From: Candidatus Thalassarchaeaceae archaeon
GTDB lineage: Archaea; Thermoplasmatota; Poseidoniia; Poseidoniales; Thalassarchaeaceae
DNA: 64,000 bases
Assembly: GCA_030749075.1 (NCBI GenBank)
Contig: JASMKR010000035.1
Span: forward strand, 15,858 to 79,857
Direction: 5' to 3'
The notes beneath the pieces are model-generated. The model had not been told where the DNA came from. It ran no database searches and worked only from the letters and a program-made list of their open reading frames with translations. Made by a program: the position numbers and the translations under genes. This document shows, piece after piece, positions 9,123 to 19,299 of the stretch (positions are counted from its first letter, which is position 1; the number at the start of each line of letters is the position of its first letter).

Positions 9123-10022
9123 ATGGGAGCCGGAACCCGGGTTCTTCTCATCGACCTGCTGGTCGAGCGCTCGGAATTCGGGCATGGGGGGAATCAGGAG
9201 ATTGTGCGCCCCATTGCTGACTCGGGGAGTGTTGAGGTGCTGCTGGTGACTCCGCAGATGCAGTCCGAGGAAGCGGGTCGGCGTGCCCAGGAGGCTGGCG
9301 AGGTCGCTATCACAGAGGAGGATGTCCCCCACTGGGACGATGACTTCGGATTCTGGGCCGAATGCGTAGTCGAAATGGGCGGCAACAGGGTCACGTTCAG
9401 ACGAATAGCCATGCCCCTGCACGGCGAAGATTCACCGACTGCAGAGTGGTTGGGCAGTATTGCACCCGATGCGGTCATCTGCTCCGGGTCACGTCGAAAC
9501 GTCTCGATCTGGGAAGACTGGATGGATTGCGGCGCCGCCTTATTGAGATCCGCTATCTCAATAGGAATTCCCACTCTGGGAATCTGCTTCGGCCACCAAC
9601 TCCTCTGCAAGGCGCTTGGGGCAACCGTAGAAAGGGCCGACTCGCTATCCAACGGTGTCTGGGATCTGGATCTGACTGAAGAGGGCGATTCAGACGAGCT
9701 CTTCGCCTCGAGGCGGTCGGGTGGGGAGGGCTCACCAGTCGTCCTCTTCACACACAGAGACCATGTGATGTCGGTGCCTGAGTGTTGCACTCTGCTAGGT
9801 AGCACGGAACACAATGGCGTCACAGCCGTGAGAGTCAACAGCGAAGATGGCGTCTCTTTGCCGGCTTGGGGCGTCCAGTTCCATCCCGAGGCTGCCAAGG
9901 CTCGTATAGAGCGCGCCTTCGAGTGGGGACACATCACTCGCGAGGAGCTTGTGTCGTTCCAGCGAGAACATGACGGAGCTGGCATTCTCGAATCCTTCGC
10001 GGCTGTGATCACGGGCCACTAA
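9123..10022 (+). CDS. class I glutamine amidotransferase-like protein
   Basis: GATase1 nucleophile elbow LGICFGHQLL and downstream VQFHPE (His/Glu of the triad). ATG at 9123 (MGAGTRVLLIDL) is preferred over 9105. Confidence 0.78.
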   Translation: MGAGTRVLLIDLLVERSEFGHGGNQEIVRPIADSGSVEVLLVTPQMQSEEAGRRAQEAGEVAITEEDVPHWDDDFGFWAECVVEMGGNRVTFRRIAMPLHGEDSPTAEWLGSIAPDAVICSGSRRNVSIWEDWMDCGAALLRSAISIGIPTLGICFGHQLLCKALGATVERADSLSNGVWDLDLTEEGDSDELFASRRSGGEGSPVVLFTHRDHVMSVPECCTLLGSTEHNGVTAVRVNSEDGVSLPAWGVQFHPEAAKARIERAFEWGHITREELVSFQREHDGAGILESFAAVITGH

Positions 10023-10102
10023 GTGATTACCCGAAACCTCCGAAAATGGTGGATTTGGATTAAATACGTAACTCGGGTCGCCGGGGCGACGCAGGTGAGG
10101 AC

Positions 10103-12157
10103 ATGATTGAGAACATACCGGAAATCGCAGCTGCAACTGCAGTCCTAGGACTTGCAATCGCTGTGCTGCTCTACACTCAGATAGAGAAATTGAAGATTGA
10201 CAATCCCACTGTAGCTGACATCACCCAGCAGATCAGGGACGGGGCGATGGCATTCTTGTTCGCTGAATACCGATACCTAGCCGTCTTCATCGTTGTCGTA
10301 GCAGGGTTGCTCTTCTTGAACCCCGATACGGGCAATCAGACCGTGCTCGCCTTCCTGGCTGGCGCTGCCGCTTCCGTGGCAGCTGGCTTCAGCGGGATGC
10401 GAGCAGCCACAAGCGCCAACGGCCGCACGGCCATGGCTGCAGCATCGGGCGGGCAGCCAGCCGCCCTAGAGGTCTCCTACAACGGAGGCGCGGTGATGGG
10501 TCTCTCGGTCGGTGGCCTCGGGCTGCTTGGCATCTCGTTGATGGCCATGTGGCTTGGAACCGGCCCCGAGGTTCAGAACATCGCTGGATTCGGCATGGGG
10601 GCCTCCTCTATCGCGCTGTTCGCCCGCGTGGGCGGTGGCATCTACACCAAGGCCGCTGACGTCGGCGCCGACCTCGTCGGCAAGGTCGAGGCGGGGATCC
10701 CTGAGGACGACCCGCGCAACCCCGGCGTCATCGCCGACAACGTGGGTGACAACGTTGGGGACGTCGCTGGGATGGGCGCCGACATCTTCGAGTCCTTCGT
10801 AGGCTCAATCATCGCTGCCATGGTTATCGCCGAGGCCTCGGGGATGCACTCCGATTACATCACCCTCCCGATCTTCCTCGGGCTAGTGGGATACGCCGCT
10901 TCGATCGTCGGCGTATTCAGCATGAAGGTGTTCAAGGGGGGCGATGCCGCTGCGGCACTGCGAAACACGACTTTCATCGGCGCAGCCCTCTTTTGGGCCG
11001 CCGGCTGGTTCGGCATAGGCTACCTGGAGCTTGAGACAGGCACAGACCCAATGCAGGCAGTGATTGCCGGCTCGATCGTCGGGATCCTCATCGGTCTCGT
11101 GACCGAGTTCTACACCGGGATAGAGCCCGTCTTCGGGATTCCCGTGAAGGCCATTCCCCACATCGGAAAGATGTCCAAGACTGGCCCTGCCACCAACGCC
11201 ATCGCAGGCCTCTCGGTTGGCATGATGTCCACTTTCATACCGATTCTCCTCATCGCGGGCGGCATCTTCGTTGCCAACGAAGTGATGGATGACGGAAGTG
11301 CTATGGCCGCTGATCTGGGACTCTATGGAATCGCCATGGCCGCGATGGGGATGCTCGCGACCGTGGGAGTCACCATGACCGTAGACGCCTATGGGCCAGT
11401 CGCCGACAACGCGGGCGGCATCTCCGAGATGAGCGAGCTAGGCCCTGATGTCAGAGAGATTACAGACAGCCTCGACAGCATCGGCAACACCACTGCTGCC
11501 ATCGGCAAGGGCTTCGCGATAGGCAGCGCAGCGCTCACCGCGCTCGCGCTCTTCGCCGCCTTCGGCACCGCGGCCCAACTCGAGGCCTCGGACCTAACCC
11601 TCACAGACCCGATGGTCGTCGTTGGGCTACTAATCGGTGGCTCGCTGCCATTCGTGGTCGCTGCCATGACCATGACCTCGGTCGGGAAGGCAGCCGGTGA
11701 CATGGTGATCGAGATCCGTCGGCAGTTTCGGGAGATTGAGGGCCTGCTAGAAGGCAGGGAAGGGGTCAAGCCCGATTCCATGACCTGCATAGACATCTCC
11801 ACACAGGCTGCCCTGCGCGAGATGGTGATGCCCGGATTGACTGCGGTCTCGGCTCCCGTGGTCGTCGGATACGCCCTCGGTCCTGCCGCCCTCGGCGGCC
11901 TGTTGGCGGGCGCGCTGGTGACGGGTGTGCTGATGGCCCTCTTCATGGCCAACGCTGGCGGTGCGTGGGACAACGCGAAGAAGGCCATCGAGCAAGGGCA
12001 CATCGAAGGCGCTGCGAAGGGGGACCCCTCTCACGACGCCGCTGTCATTGGCGACACCATAGGGGACCCGTTCAAGGACACTAGCGGGCCATCGCTGAAC
12101 ATCCTGATCAAGCTGATGTCGATCGTCTCGGTCGTCATCGCACCCGGACTTATCTGA
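10103..12157 (+). CDS. hppA: membrane-bound proton/sodium-translocating pyrophosphatase, K+-dependent type
   Basis: 684 aa and polytopic. Signature [20 protein letters not shown], with [15 protein letters not shown] carrying Ala (not Lys) at the K+-dependence position. Confidence 0.94.
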   Translation: MIENIPEIAAATAVLGLAIAVLLYTQIEKLKIDNPTVADITQQIRDGAMAFLFAEYRYLAVFIVVVAGLLFLNPDTGNQTVLAFLAGAAASVAAGFSGMRAATSANGRTAMAAASGGQPAALEVSYNGGAVMGLSVGGLGLLGISLMAMWLGTGPEVQNIAGFGMGASSIALFARVGGGIYTKAADVGADLVGKVEAGIPEDDPRNPGVIADNVGDNVGDVAGMGADIFESFVGSIIAAMVIAEASGMHSDYITLPIFLGLVGYAASIVGVFSMKVFKGGDAAAALRNTTFIGAALFWAAGWFGIGYLELETGTDPMQAVIAGSIVGILIGLVTEFYTGIEPVFGIPVKAIPHIGKMSKTGPATNAIAGLSVGMMSTFIPILLIAGGIFVANEVMDDGSAMAADLGLYGIAMAAMGMLATVGVTMTVDAYGPVADNAGGISEMSELGPDVREITDSLDSIGNTTAAIGKGFAIGSAALTALALFAAFGTAAQLEASDLTLTDPMVVVGLLIGGSLPFVVAAMTMTSVGKAAGDMVIEIRRQFREIEGLLEGREGVKPDSMTCIDISTQAALREMVMPGLTAVSAPVVVGYALGPAALGGLLAGALVTGVLMALFMANAGGAWDNAKKAIEQGHIEGAAKGDPSHDAAVIGDTIGDPFKDTSGPSLNILIKLMSIVSVVIAPGLI

Positions 12158-12206
12158 GTACTCCGAGTAGCGTCAGACTCTTGGCCAAGGCTGAGGACGG
12201 GGTATC

Positions 12207-13157
12207 ATGCGCTCAGCCCGGGCACTGGCCCTCGCGATGCTCGTGCTCGTAGCGAGCATGGCCGGCTGCGCGGGCTCGGATGGCGAGGTCGATTCGGATT
12301 CCATCAACGTCCCGACCTGGCAGATTGGGGACTGGTGGCTCTACACGTTCTCGACCCCCGACTACAGCGACGACACGGCTAGGCTCGTCGTGGCGAGCGA
12401 TGGCGAGGAGAGCGGCACTGCCTACATGTTGGCTATCTCGAGCTTGGCTGAGGCCAGGCGGCACGCTGTGCTCAACCACAACCCATTCCTCGGAAGGGTC
12501 ACGCACTCTGGCCTGAGTGCCTTCGAGAACGGGGTGGCCCAGCCAGTGCTGTCGTTCCCGATCGAGAAGGGGGGGTCATGGGGCTTCACACTGTTCTCTA
12601 CTGAGTGGACTGCATCGGTGACAGGGGTCACGGGCGGAACGGCCATTATTGCGGGTGCCGCGTCTGACGGCTCGAGGTTGGACTACGTGTACGACAGCGG
12701 GATCGGCTACTTCTCCTCCTTCATATGGGCGGATGCCTCGGGAACGGAGCAACTCAGGATGATGGTGGCCGATCAGGGTTCTGGGCATATCGGGGACGTC
12801 TACTTCGTCAGGGGGGGTGACCTGTTCAGCGAAATCTGGGAGGACCCTGGCACAGACTTGGAGTTCCGTGACACATTCCTCGTCAGCGACCACCCCAGCG
12901 ACGGCGAGTGGGACGAGATGGTCTATTTCATCGACGCAGAGTGCGGCAGCGGCTCTTCCAGCATCACACTGACTCTGCGGGATCACCTATCTGCATCCGC
13001 TCTGGAGCGGATTTGGGGGCCCGGGGCAAGCGAGACGGGGACTTTGGGCACGATTCCATACCCCTCGGGGGAGTACACCCTGACAGCGACCTTCACCGGC
13101 ACCGCGTTCCTGCGGGTCATAATCGCGGGCGGCATCACCGAGTCGTGGAGCCTCTAG
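12207..13157 (+). CDS. hypothetical secreted lipoprotein
   Basis: Signal peptide with a lipobox-like LVASMAGCAGS, followed by a 290-aa soluble domain with no family recognised. Confidence 0.5.
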   Translation: MRSARALALAMLVLVASMAGCAGSDGEVDSDSINVPTWQIGDWWLYTFSTPDYSDDTARLVVASDGEESGTAYMLAISSLAEARRHAVLNHNPFLGRVTHSGLSAFENGVAQPVLSFPIEKGGSWGFTLFSTEWTASVTGVTGGTAIIAGAASDGSRLDYVYDSGIGYFSSFIWADASGTEQLRMMVADQGSGHIGDVYFVRGGDLFSEIWEDPGTDLEFRDTFLVSDHPSDGEWDEMVYFIDAECGSGSSSITLTLRDHLSASALERIWGPGASETGTLGTIPYPSGEYTLTATFTGTAFLRVIIAGGITESWSL

Positions 13158-13495
13158 AGGTAATCGATAAGGTTGTCCGAGCCTCCCACGAACACCGGCT
13201 CTTCGCCCCTCAAGTCGAACACTACCGGAACCGTTCGGTGTCCCGTCTGACTGACCACCGCTTGCCTGAGCCCATCGTGATGATCGAGGTTGACATCGGT
13301 GAAGCTCAGTTCTTTGGATTCGAGGACCCTGAAGGCGAATGAGCAGAAGGGGCAGATGGTCTGGGTGAAGACCAAGAAGTCGGTCTCAGTCCCTATAATT
13401 ATCTCACGAAACTGCGACAGGCTCACCGCCCCCTTCTTGGTCAGACCACCATCCAGACTCGCCCAAATCGTCCGGAAGGACAGCGTCCACGGCAT
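13154..13495 (-). CDS. glutaredoxin-like protein
   Basis: FTQTICPFCSFAFRVL (CPxC) and TVPVVF...VGGSDNL match the glutaredoxin fold motifs. The ATG at 13495 overlaps the upstream gene by 92 nt. An in-frame GTG at 13426 is an alternative start. Confidence 0.72.
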   Translation of the reverse strand: MPWTLSFRTIWASLDGGLTKKGAVSLSQFREIIIGTETDFLVFTQTICPFCSFAFRVLESKELSFTDVNLDHHDGLRQAVVSQTGHRTVPVVFDLRGEEPVFVGGSDNLIDYL

Positions 13496-16400
13496 CCTTC
13501 TCCTCGAGCACTCTATTGCACTCTTCCGGGTCGATGAAGATTAGGAAGAAGACTGTGAACATTGTGAGTGCTGCCCCCACGTATATCGTGGTGCTGTAAT
13601 TGTTGTCAAAAATCTGCAGCATCCTGCCAGTGAAGGTGTATGCCATCACTCCTGAGAGGTTGAACATTGACATGTATGCGGTGAATTGTGTCCCTCCGAC
13701 CTTGCTCCATGTCATCTTCATGCAGACAGCAATCACACATATCCAAGCAACTCCGTTTACTAGGCCTCGAATAATCAGATAGGCCGTCATAACCACTGTG
13801 TTGGTCCAGAATGGTTCCAGTACCGCCAGCATAGCATTGCACACCGCAAGGCTTGTGAAGCCGATCATTGCCACCCTTCTGACCCCGAACTTATCTCCCA
13901 GCATACCCCCTGCAATCTGGCCGGTCATGACTGCAAGGATGACGATACCGCCAACGATGACGTTGTAATCCTCCTGTTCCCATCCTGCCCGATTGATGAA
14001 TATATCAATCACGATTGGGTCTATGAAAAGGTACAGTTCGGACAGAAGGCACAGGAAAATAAGCATGAAAGAGGATCTTAGGTGGAATGCCTTGGTAAGA
14101 TTGAAACTTGTCTGAGCAAGAGTCCTGCGGGGTCCTTGGGGCAACATCGAGAATGGGTTAAAGACTCGAGGTATTGAGACCGTCCTAGCGATTAAGGCAG
14201 TGATAATGGCTAGAACGATCCCGTAGAATGCGATCGACTTTGCTGTCCCGTATAGTGGAACGGTCAGGTCAACTGAAATTATCGCAAATAACAGCCCAGC
14301 AACAAAGATGGTTAGGGATACAATAGTCAGCAGGGCTGCGAGTGAGATTCTTTCGTCGAATGTTGACCTACCCACCGCCCGAGCCGCCCACCATCTGGAT
14401 TCTTCTGGCTCCTCCCAGTATAGCCTCTCATCCACTTCAAATTCAGATACCCCGTAAGAATCCGTGGATTCAGGATATAGTGATTCTTGATTGGATGGTC
14501 TTGACCATGGGAATAGGCGGGTGCCGGGTTTCTCGTACAGGAACATTGGAAGAATCATGATCAGAAGCAGGATGGGGAGTTGTATGGAGAGCATCCCCTT
14601 GATGCCGATCGTCTTGGCGAATCCGCCAAGGACCGCGCCACCGACAATCATCCCGCCTCGCTTGGACGCGAACATGTACCCGTTTGCCTTCGAGACCTCG
14701 TCATCCCGAAGAACGTCCACTGCGAGGGCGTCGGTGCTGACGTCCTGCAGGGAAGCGAAGATGTTGTGCACGAACATTAGCTTGATCACTAGGTCGATCT
14801 GCCCCGTCAAGTCCGGGACAAAAAGGAGAGTCCCAATTGTGACGGCCATTCCAAACTGGGCGAATAATATCCACAGCCTACGGGAACCGAATTGGGGTAG
14901 GCTCAACGTGTCGATGACGGGCCCCCATATCCACTTGAAGGTCCAAGGCAAGGCGACGGTTGCGAATAACAAACCAATCTCTTGGGGGGTAAACCCGTTG
15001 TCCGAGAGATATGATGCGAAGGCGACAGTCGCGAACCCCCATGGGAGGCCTTGGGCGAAGTAAAGGACACACAACGAGACCATCCTTCTGAGTCTGTTCT
15101 CAGTCAGGCTCTGTCCGTCGAACCACTCCTCAACAAGTTGTTCTCTGTTGTAGAGCACGTATGCTAACAGGGGCAGTAAGATTAGCGACAGCCCGATAAT
15201 CAGAATTCTCGAGCTGCTCGAACCGGTTGCTTCTGCCGGTGCTACCATATCCAGAAGGATGACCCTGCGGGCATCCACTGGGGATATGTGGTCGTCATCG
15301 ACAATCAGACGGGCGTAGATGGTCGTGTTTCCAGACTCGTTGTGCGGGTCCAGCTTGATCCCCCACTGGGCCCAGTCGCCCAACGGGGAGGAGTCTTCCG
15401 CCGCCCTCCACTGGCTACCACCGACGCGGACCTGAACCTCGCCCTGACCGGGGGCCGCGCCCGAGGCGGTGCCCGATAGGTAGCTCTGGTTGAGCACCTC
15501 GTCCATCGAGTTAATGTCCATCGAGACGTTCAGGGAGCGGTCAATGCTTCCTGCGGCCTCAACGAAGGCGACGGGGTCGGCCTGGCCGTAACCGAACTCG
15601 TTGTCTGGTCTCGTCTCCAGCAGGCTGCAGTCATTGAGTCCCGCGTCTCCGAAGAGGGAGACCTCACGCTCGATCGACTTGTCGGACACGATGGCCTTCA
15701 ACTCGGAAGGAGTGAGGTCTGGGTTGGCTTGAATCATCAGGGCGGCAATGCCGGCCATCAGGGGGGTTGCCATGCTGGTGCCGGACTTGCTGGTATAGCC
15801 GTCCTGGGTGGCAGCGTCGGGGGCCATAATGCTGGAGCCGATGGTGGCGACGTCCGGTTTGACGCGGAGGTCCGAGGTGTACCCGCGGCTGCTGTAGATG
15901 GCGAGGCTGAGGTCCTTGTCGAGGCTCGCCACCGTAATCGGCAGGCGCGCATCGCCGGGGCTGTCTATGGTATTGCAGCCGACTAAGGTAGCGCCTCCGA
16001 ACTCGTTGCCAGCAGAGAGGGTAGTGATGATGCCGGCCTCGACCACCATGTCCATCTGTCGGCTCCAGGCGGAGTTTCCGTCATTGTCGACGTGGATCTC
16101 GAACTGCTGCTCACCCAGAGACGAGGTAACGATGTCAATGCCGTACTTGTCCCTGTTGTCTATGGCCCACTGGGCGCCCTCTATGACGTCCTCTATGTCG
16201 CCGTCGCAGCAGGCAAGGATGTTGATCAGATAGGCTCCGGGAGCGGCTCCGACGTAGCGCAGGCCGGTATCGGGGTCGGTCTGGCCGCCGCCGGTGCCTG
16301 CGGCGATGCCCGCGACGTGGGATCCGTGGGTGCTGGAGTCGTAGGAGGTAGACGGGTCCTGCTCCTCGTCGGTGAAGACAGCATCGTAGAACGCGATGAT

Positions 16401-17099
16401 CTTCGGGTCGCAATCCCTCGGTATCGGCCCCGGGTCAGGGTCGAGGGGGTCTGGGGGGTCGTCTAGGCAGGTGAAGGGGTCGTCATCCATGTCGTTGAGG
16501 CCCTCGTGGTCACCTCTGATCCCCGTATCTAGGACTGCGATAACGGAGCCCGTCCCATCCAGACCGAGGTCCGTCCAGACGTTATCGACGCCCATCGTGG
16601 GCACCGCTTCGTGCATGTCGGGCTCGGCCAGTCCCAGGTCCTCGACCATCACCACGCCGGGCAGAGTGCGCACGCCATCGGGATCGAGGAGTATCTCGAA
16701 GGGCACTGTCGCTGCCACGGTGTCGAGGTACTTCGCCCTGAAAGTGACCTCGGCCCCTAGATTCTCAATTGCACTTACGTCTGCATCGGAGGGATGGTGG
16801 TCGTAGTCCACGAAGACCCTCGCGCTGCCAGCAGGCGCACGTCGCCACCAGTCCTGCTGAACCTCCGCGGGCTGCTCGATCAGCCACTCGAGACGGTCAT
16901 CGAGGGAGTTTGAGTCCTTATCCCTGCTCCAGTGCAGCCACCATAATGCATGGATCTCAGACTCCACGCTAGCTACCCACTCGCCATCGGCGTCGTAGCC
17001 ACCCCTCTCGTTCGACTCGGGTACGATGGAGGAGGCGGAGAGCGGTGCGACTAGCGTGAGCACCAAGAAGGAAGCGAGGAGGGCCCGGCGTCCGCTCAT
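13404..17099 (-). CDS. fusion protein: secreted subtilisin-like S8 peptidase ectodomain plus AmpG/PAT-type MFS permease
   Basis: Continuous frame. Signal peptide MSGRRALLASFLVLTLVAPLSASS. S8 triad: VIAVLDTGI (Asp codon 16527-16529), THGSHVAG (His 16326-16328), SGTSMATPLMAG (Ser 15774-15776). A linker helix at ~15150-15206 is followed by an MFS body with LYFAQGLPWGF and LPWTFKWIWGPVIDTLSLPQFGSRRLW (AmpG-like). Start set at the ATG at 17099 rather than 17156. Confidence 0.85.
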   Translation of the reverse strand: MSGRRALLASFLVLTLVAPLSASSIVPESNERGGYDADGEWVASVESEIHALWWLHWSRDKDSNSLDDRLEWLIEQPAEVQQDWWRRAPAGSARVFVDYDHHPSDADVSAIENLGAEVTFRAKYLDTVAATVPFEILLDPDGVRTLPGVVMVEDLGLAEPDMHEAVPTMGVDNVWTDLGLDGTGSVIAVLDTGIRGDHEGLNDMDDDPFTCLDDPPDPLDPDPGPIPRDCDPKIIAFYDAVFTDEEQDPSTSYDSSTHGSHVAGIAAGTGGGQTDPDTGLRYVGAAPGAYLINILACCDGDIEDVIEGAQWAIDNRDKYGIDIVTSSLGEQQFEIHVDNDGNSAWSRQMDMVVEAGIITTLSAGNEFGGATLVGCNTIDSPGDARLPITVASLDKDLSLAIYSSRGYTSDLRVKPDVATIGSSIMAPDAATQDGYTSKSGTSMATPLMAGIAALMIQANPDLTPSELKAIVSDKSIEREVSLFGDAGLNDCSLLETRPDNEFGYGQADPVAFVEAAGSIDRSLNVSMDINSMDEVLNQSYLSGTASGAAPGQGEVQVRVGGSQWRAAEDSSPLGDWAQWGIKLDPHNESGNTTIYARLIVDDDHISPVDARRVILLDMVAPAEATGSSSSRILIIGLSLILLPLLAYVLYNREQLVEEWFDGQSLTENRLRRMVSLCVLYFAQGLPWGFATVAFASYLSDNGFTPQEIGLLFATVALPWTFKWIWGPVIDTLSLPQFGSRRLWILFAQFGMAVTIGTLLFVPDLTGQIDLVIKLMFVHNIFASLQDVSTDALAVDVLRDDEVSKANGYMFASKRGGMIVGGAVLGGFAKTIGIKGMLSIQLPILLLIMILPMFLYEKPGTRLFPWSRPSNQESLYPESTDSYGVSEFEVDERLYWEEPEESRWWAARAVGRSTFDERISLAALLTIVSLTIFVAGLLFAIISVDLTVPLYGTAKSIAFYGIVLAIITALIARTVSIPRVFNPFSMLPQGPRRTLAQTSFNLTKAFHLRSSFMLIFLCLLSELYLFIDPIVIDIFINRAGWEQEDYNVIVGGIVILAVMTGQIAGGMLGDKFGVRRVAMIGFTSLAVCNAMLAVLEPFWTNTVVMTAYLIIRGLVNGVAWICVIAVCMKMTWSKVGGTQFTAYMSMFNLSGVMAYTFTGRMLQIFDNNYSTTIYVGAALTMFTVFFLIFIDPEECNRVLEEKDAVDAVLPDDLGESGWWSDQEGGGEPVAVS

Positions 17100-17145
17100 G
17101 GGCCTACGGGCCCATGGTCCTGTTTGAGGATTCGGACTTTGCAAC

Positions 17146-18018
17146 TCAACCGGCAATCCGCACGCCCTCGTCGTCGTAGTTCCACTCTATGAGTTCCCAG
17201 CCGACCCCCTCTATCGAGGCAATGGTGTCGTCTCTGCCTGAAGGAGAGCAGAGAAGGGCTGCGCATCCCCCGCCACCGGCTCCCAGCGCTTTCCAGGCAG
17301 CTAGGGAGCCACTCTCGAGCAATGGCTCTACCACTCCTCTGAAGGGGTCGTGCAAGGTGGTGTCGATCATGTCGACTCCCTCGCAGACATCCTTGAAGGA
17401 CTGCACCACGAGATCTCTTCGGTCTTGCTGCAGGCCATTGGCCATCGGGCGTGCCGCGGCGCGTATCCTGTGAAGCCCATCGATGACTGATTCGTTGCCC
17501 TCCGCGTAACTCCCCCAAACGGAGTCCTGGATGTCCCCGGAGCGTCGACTGGTTCCAGAGTACGCGACGAGCAGGTGCTTGCGTAGCCAAATCCTAGCGG
17601 ATCGCATCGGCTCGAAGGGGATTATCTCGACAGAATCCCCAAAGAAGAGCAGGTGGTTGAACCCCCCCCTAGCCGAGGCCCAGTGGTCCTGCCTGCCGCA
17701 GAAGTTTCCTCCATCGGCCTCCATCTGGAAGGCGATTTCGGCCAACTCCTCCGGGTGCTTGTCCTCACCGCATGACATTATGGCGGCCATAGCGACGTTC
17801 AACGCGCCACTAGTCCCTAGGCCGGATCCCCGAGGAGTCTCGAAGGTGCTCCCAAAGTCTCTCGCACCGCTGCCGGGAGTTCCTGTGACACGAACGTAAC
17901 GGTTGATTGCGAAGTTGACCACCTCTCCACCGAAGTCATTGGAGTATGGATCCACATCGGACCAGCCCCCAGCGAGATCGACTCTGACAGGCGCAGAGGC
18001 TTCTATTTGGGGTTCCAT
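17146..18018 (-). CDS. GHMP-family sugar kinase (COG2605 / HddA-like)
   Basis: APVRVDLAGGWSDVDPY at the N-terminus and the GHMP motif PRGSGLGTSGA. The internal ATG at 18018 (MEPQIEAS...) is preferred because 18168 would overlap ribB. Confidence 0.72.
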   Translation of the reverse strand: MEPQIEASAPVRVDLAGGWSDVDPYSNDFGGEVVNFAINRYVRVTGTPGSGARDFGSTFETPRGSGLGTSGALNVAMAAIMSCGEDKHPEELAEIAFQMEADGGNFCGRQDHWASARGGFNHLLFFGDSVEIIPFEPMRSARIWLRKHLLVAYSGTSRRSGDIQDSVWGSYAEGNESVIDGLHRIRAAARPMANGLQQDRRDLVVQSFKDVCEGVDMIDTTLHDPFRGVVEPLLESGSLAAWKALGAGGGGCAALLCSPSGRDDTIASIEGVGWELIEWNYDDEGVRIAG

Positions 18019-18095
18019 GAGGTCTTGCGGGGCTACTACGCATAGATATGTGCTACGACCGAAAATATCGGGTATCGATGGCCCCTCCGCAAAGC

Positions 18096-18809
18096 ATGGC
18101 GTCAATCCTTGAGCGGGCGGTAGCGGCCTTCGCCGCGGGCAAACCGGTGATGATTTTCGACTCGGCATTCAGGGAACAGGAGACGGATCTGTTGTGGCCT
18201 GCAACTGCAGCAACCCCTGAAGTAATGAGAAGGCTACGTGGGGATTGCGGGGGACTGCTCTTCCTCGCCATCGGCAATGAGGTGGGAGAGTTGTTTGGGC
18301 TTCCATGGCTGCAGGATATCCACACACACAAGGCACTGGTGGCTGAACACCCGGTGCTCGGCCAGTTGATTACTGATGACCTGCAGTATGACACGAGGTC
18401 GGCCTTCACCCTCTCCCTCAACCACCGCGAGACCTACACGGGAATCACCGACAAGGACCGCTCCCTGACCACTAGACGTTTCGGCGAGTTGACTCGGGAC
18501 CTGATTAAGGGGGGCTTAGGCAGTGACGCTGCTGTCACCGCCCTAGGCTCAGAGTTCAGGACACCGGGGCACATCCCGGTGTGCAGGGAATCACCGGGAG
18601 GCTTGAAAACGCGCCAGGGGCATACAGAACTAGCTGTGGCAATCGCCAGGCTAGCAGGACGAACTCCGTGCACGATCGGAGCTGAAATGCTGGAGCCAGA
18701 CGGCGATGGTGCACTTTCGGTCGACGAGGCCCGGCGCTACGCTGTACGGCACGGAGTGCCAATGATCACAGGGGATGACATCACCAAGGCGATGGATGCG
18801 AAGGATTGA
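18096..18809 (+). CDS. ribB: 3,4-dihydroxy-2-butanone-4-phosphate synthase
   Basis: ILERAVAAFAAGKPVMIFDSAFREQETDLLWPA and HTELAVAIARLAG fit DHBP synthase. It is followed by other rib genes. Confidence 0.85.
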   Translation: MASILERAVAAFAAGKPVMIFDSAFREQETDLLWPATAATPEVMRRLRGDCGGLLFLAIGNEVGELFGLPWLQDIHTHKALVAEHPVLGQLITDDLQYDTRSAFTLSLNHRETYTGITDKDRSLTTRRFGELTRDLIKGGLGSDAAVTALGSEFRTPGHIPVCRESPGGLKTRQGHTELAVAIARLAGRTPCTIGAEMLEPDGDGALSVDEARRYAVRHGVPMITGDDITKAMDAKD

Positions 18810-18833
18810 GACAGGGCGAACGGCTGGAGGCTT

Positions 18834-19298
18834 GTGACAATGGTACGGGTGATGGCTGTCGGAATCTTCGACCTGCTCCACGCGGGTCATCTGCACTATG
18901 TCGAGCAGGCTAGGTCACTGGGCGATGAGCTCGTGGTTGTCGTGGCACACGATGATACCGTTCGCAAGCAGAAGCACGAACCTATCACCGGTCAGGAACT
19001 GCGTCGAAGGATGGTCGAAGGACTCAAGCCCGTGGACCAGGCCATTGTGGGAAATCCCCCCAACTTTTCCATCTTCGAGATTCTGGAGACCGTGAAGCCC
19101 GACCTTATCGCCCTCGGCTATGACCAGAAGCACTCGATAGAGTCGATTCGTGGGGGGCTTTCGAAGCACGGCTACGGACACGTCGAGGTCGTTCGCGTGG
19201 AGGGGCTGTCTGACGACCTCGACGGAACCAGGAAAATCATCTCTCGAATTCTGGACCTATGGTCGGGTTCTGAGGGTGGCCCCTACGAGGAGGACTAG
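18834..19298 (+). CDS. ribL: archaeal FAD synthetase (FMN adenylyltransferase, RibL type)
   Basis: Cytidylyltransferase-fold motif VMAVGIFDLLHAGHLHYVEQAR, ~150 aa, in rib-cluster context. GTG at 18834 or ATG at 18840/18852 are possible starts. Confidence 0.82.
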   Translation: MTMVRVMAVGIFDLLHAGHLHYVEQARSLGDELVVVVAHDDTVRKQKHEPITGQELRRRMVEGLKPVDQAIVGNPPNFSIFEILETVKPDLIALGYDQKHSIESIRGGLSKHGYGHVEVVRVEGLSDDLDGTRKIISRILDLWSGSEGGPYEED

Positions 19299-19299
19299 G

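Noticed and set aside
9194-10012. 272-aa minus-strand ORF opposite the glutamine amidotransferase gene
   Set aside because: It is Ser/Pro-rich with no motifs, whereas the plus-strand frame carries the GATase1 catalytic motifs.
11389-12003. 204-aa antisense ORF within hppA
   Set aside because: The plus frame is an unmistakable H+-PPase. The antisense product is an Ala/Ser/Pro-rich artefact.
13404-13495. The 92-nt overlap between the glutaredoxin ORF and the protease-permease ORF as evidence of a frameshift or pseudogene
   Set aside because: An in-frame GTG at 13426 shortens the overlap to 23 nt, and both products keep intact motifs. An overlapping start is more likely than gene decay.
18019-18095. 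FMN riboswitch upstream of the rib cluster
   Set aside because: The intergenic space is only 77 nt, too short for the ~140-nt FMN aptamer, and I see none of its conserved helices.
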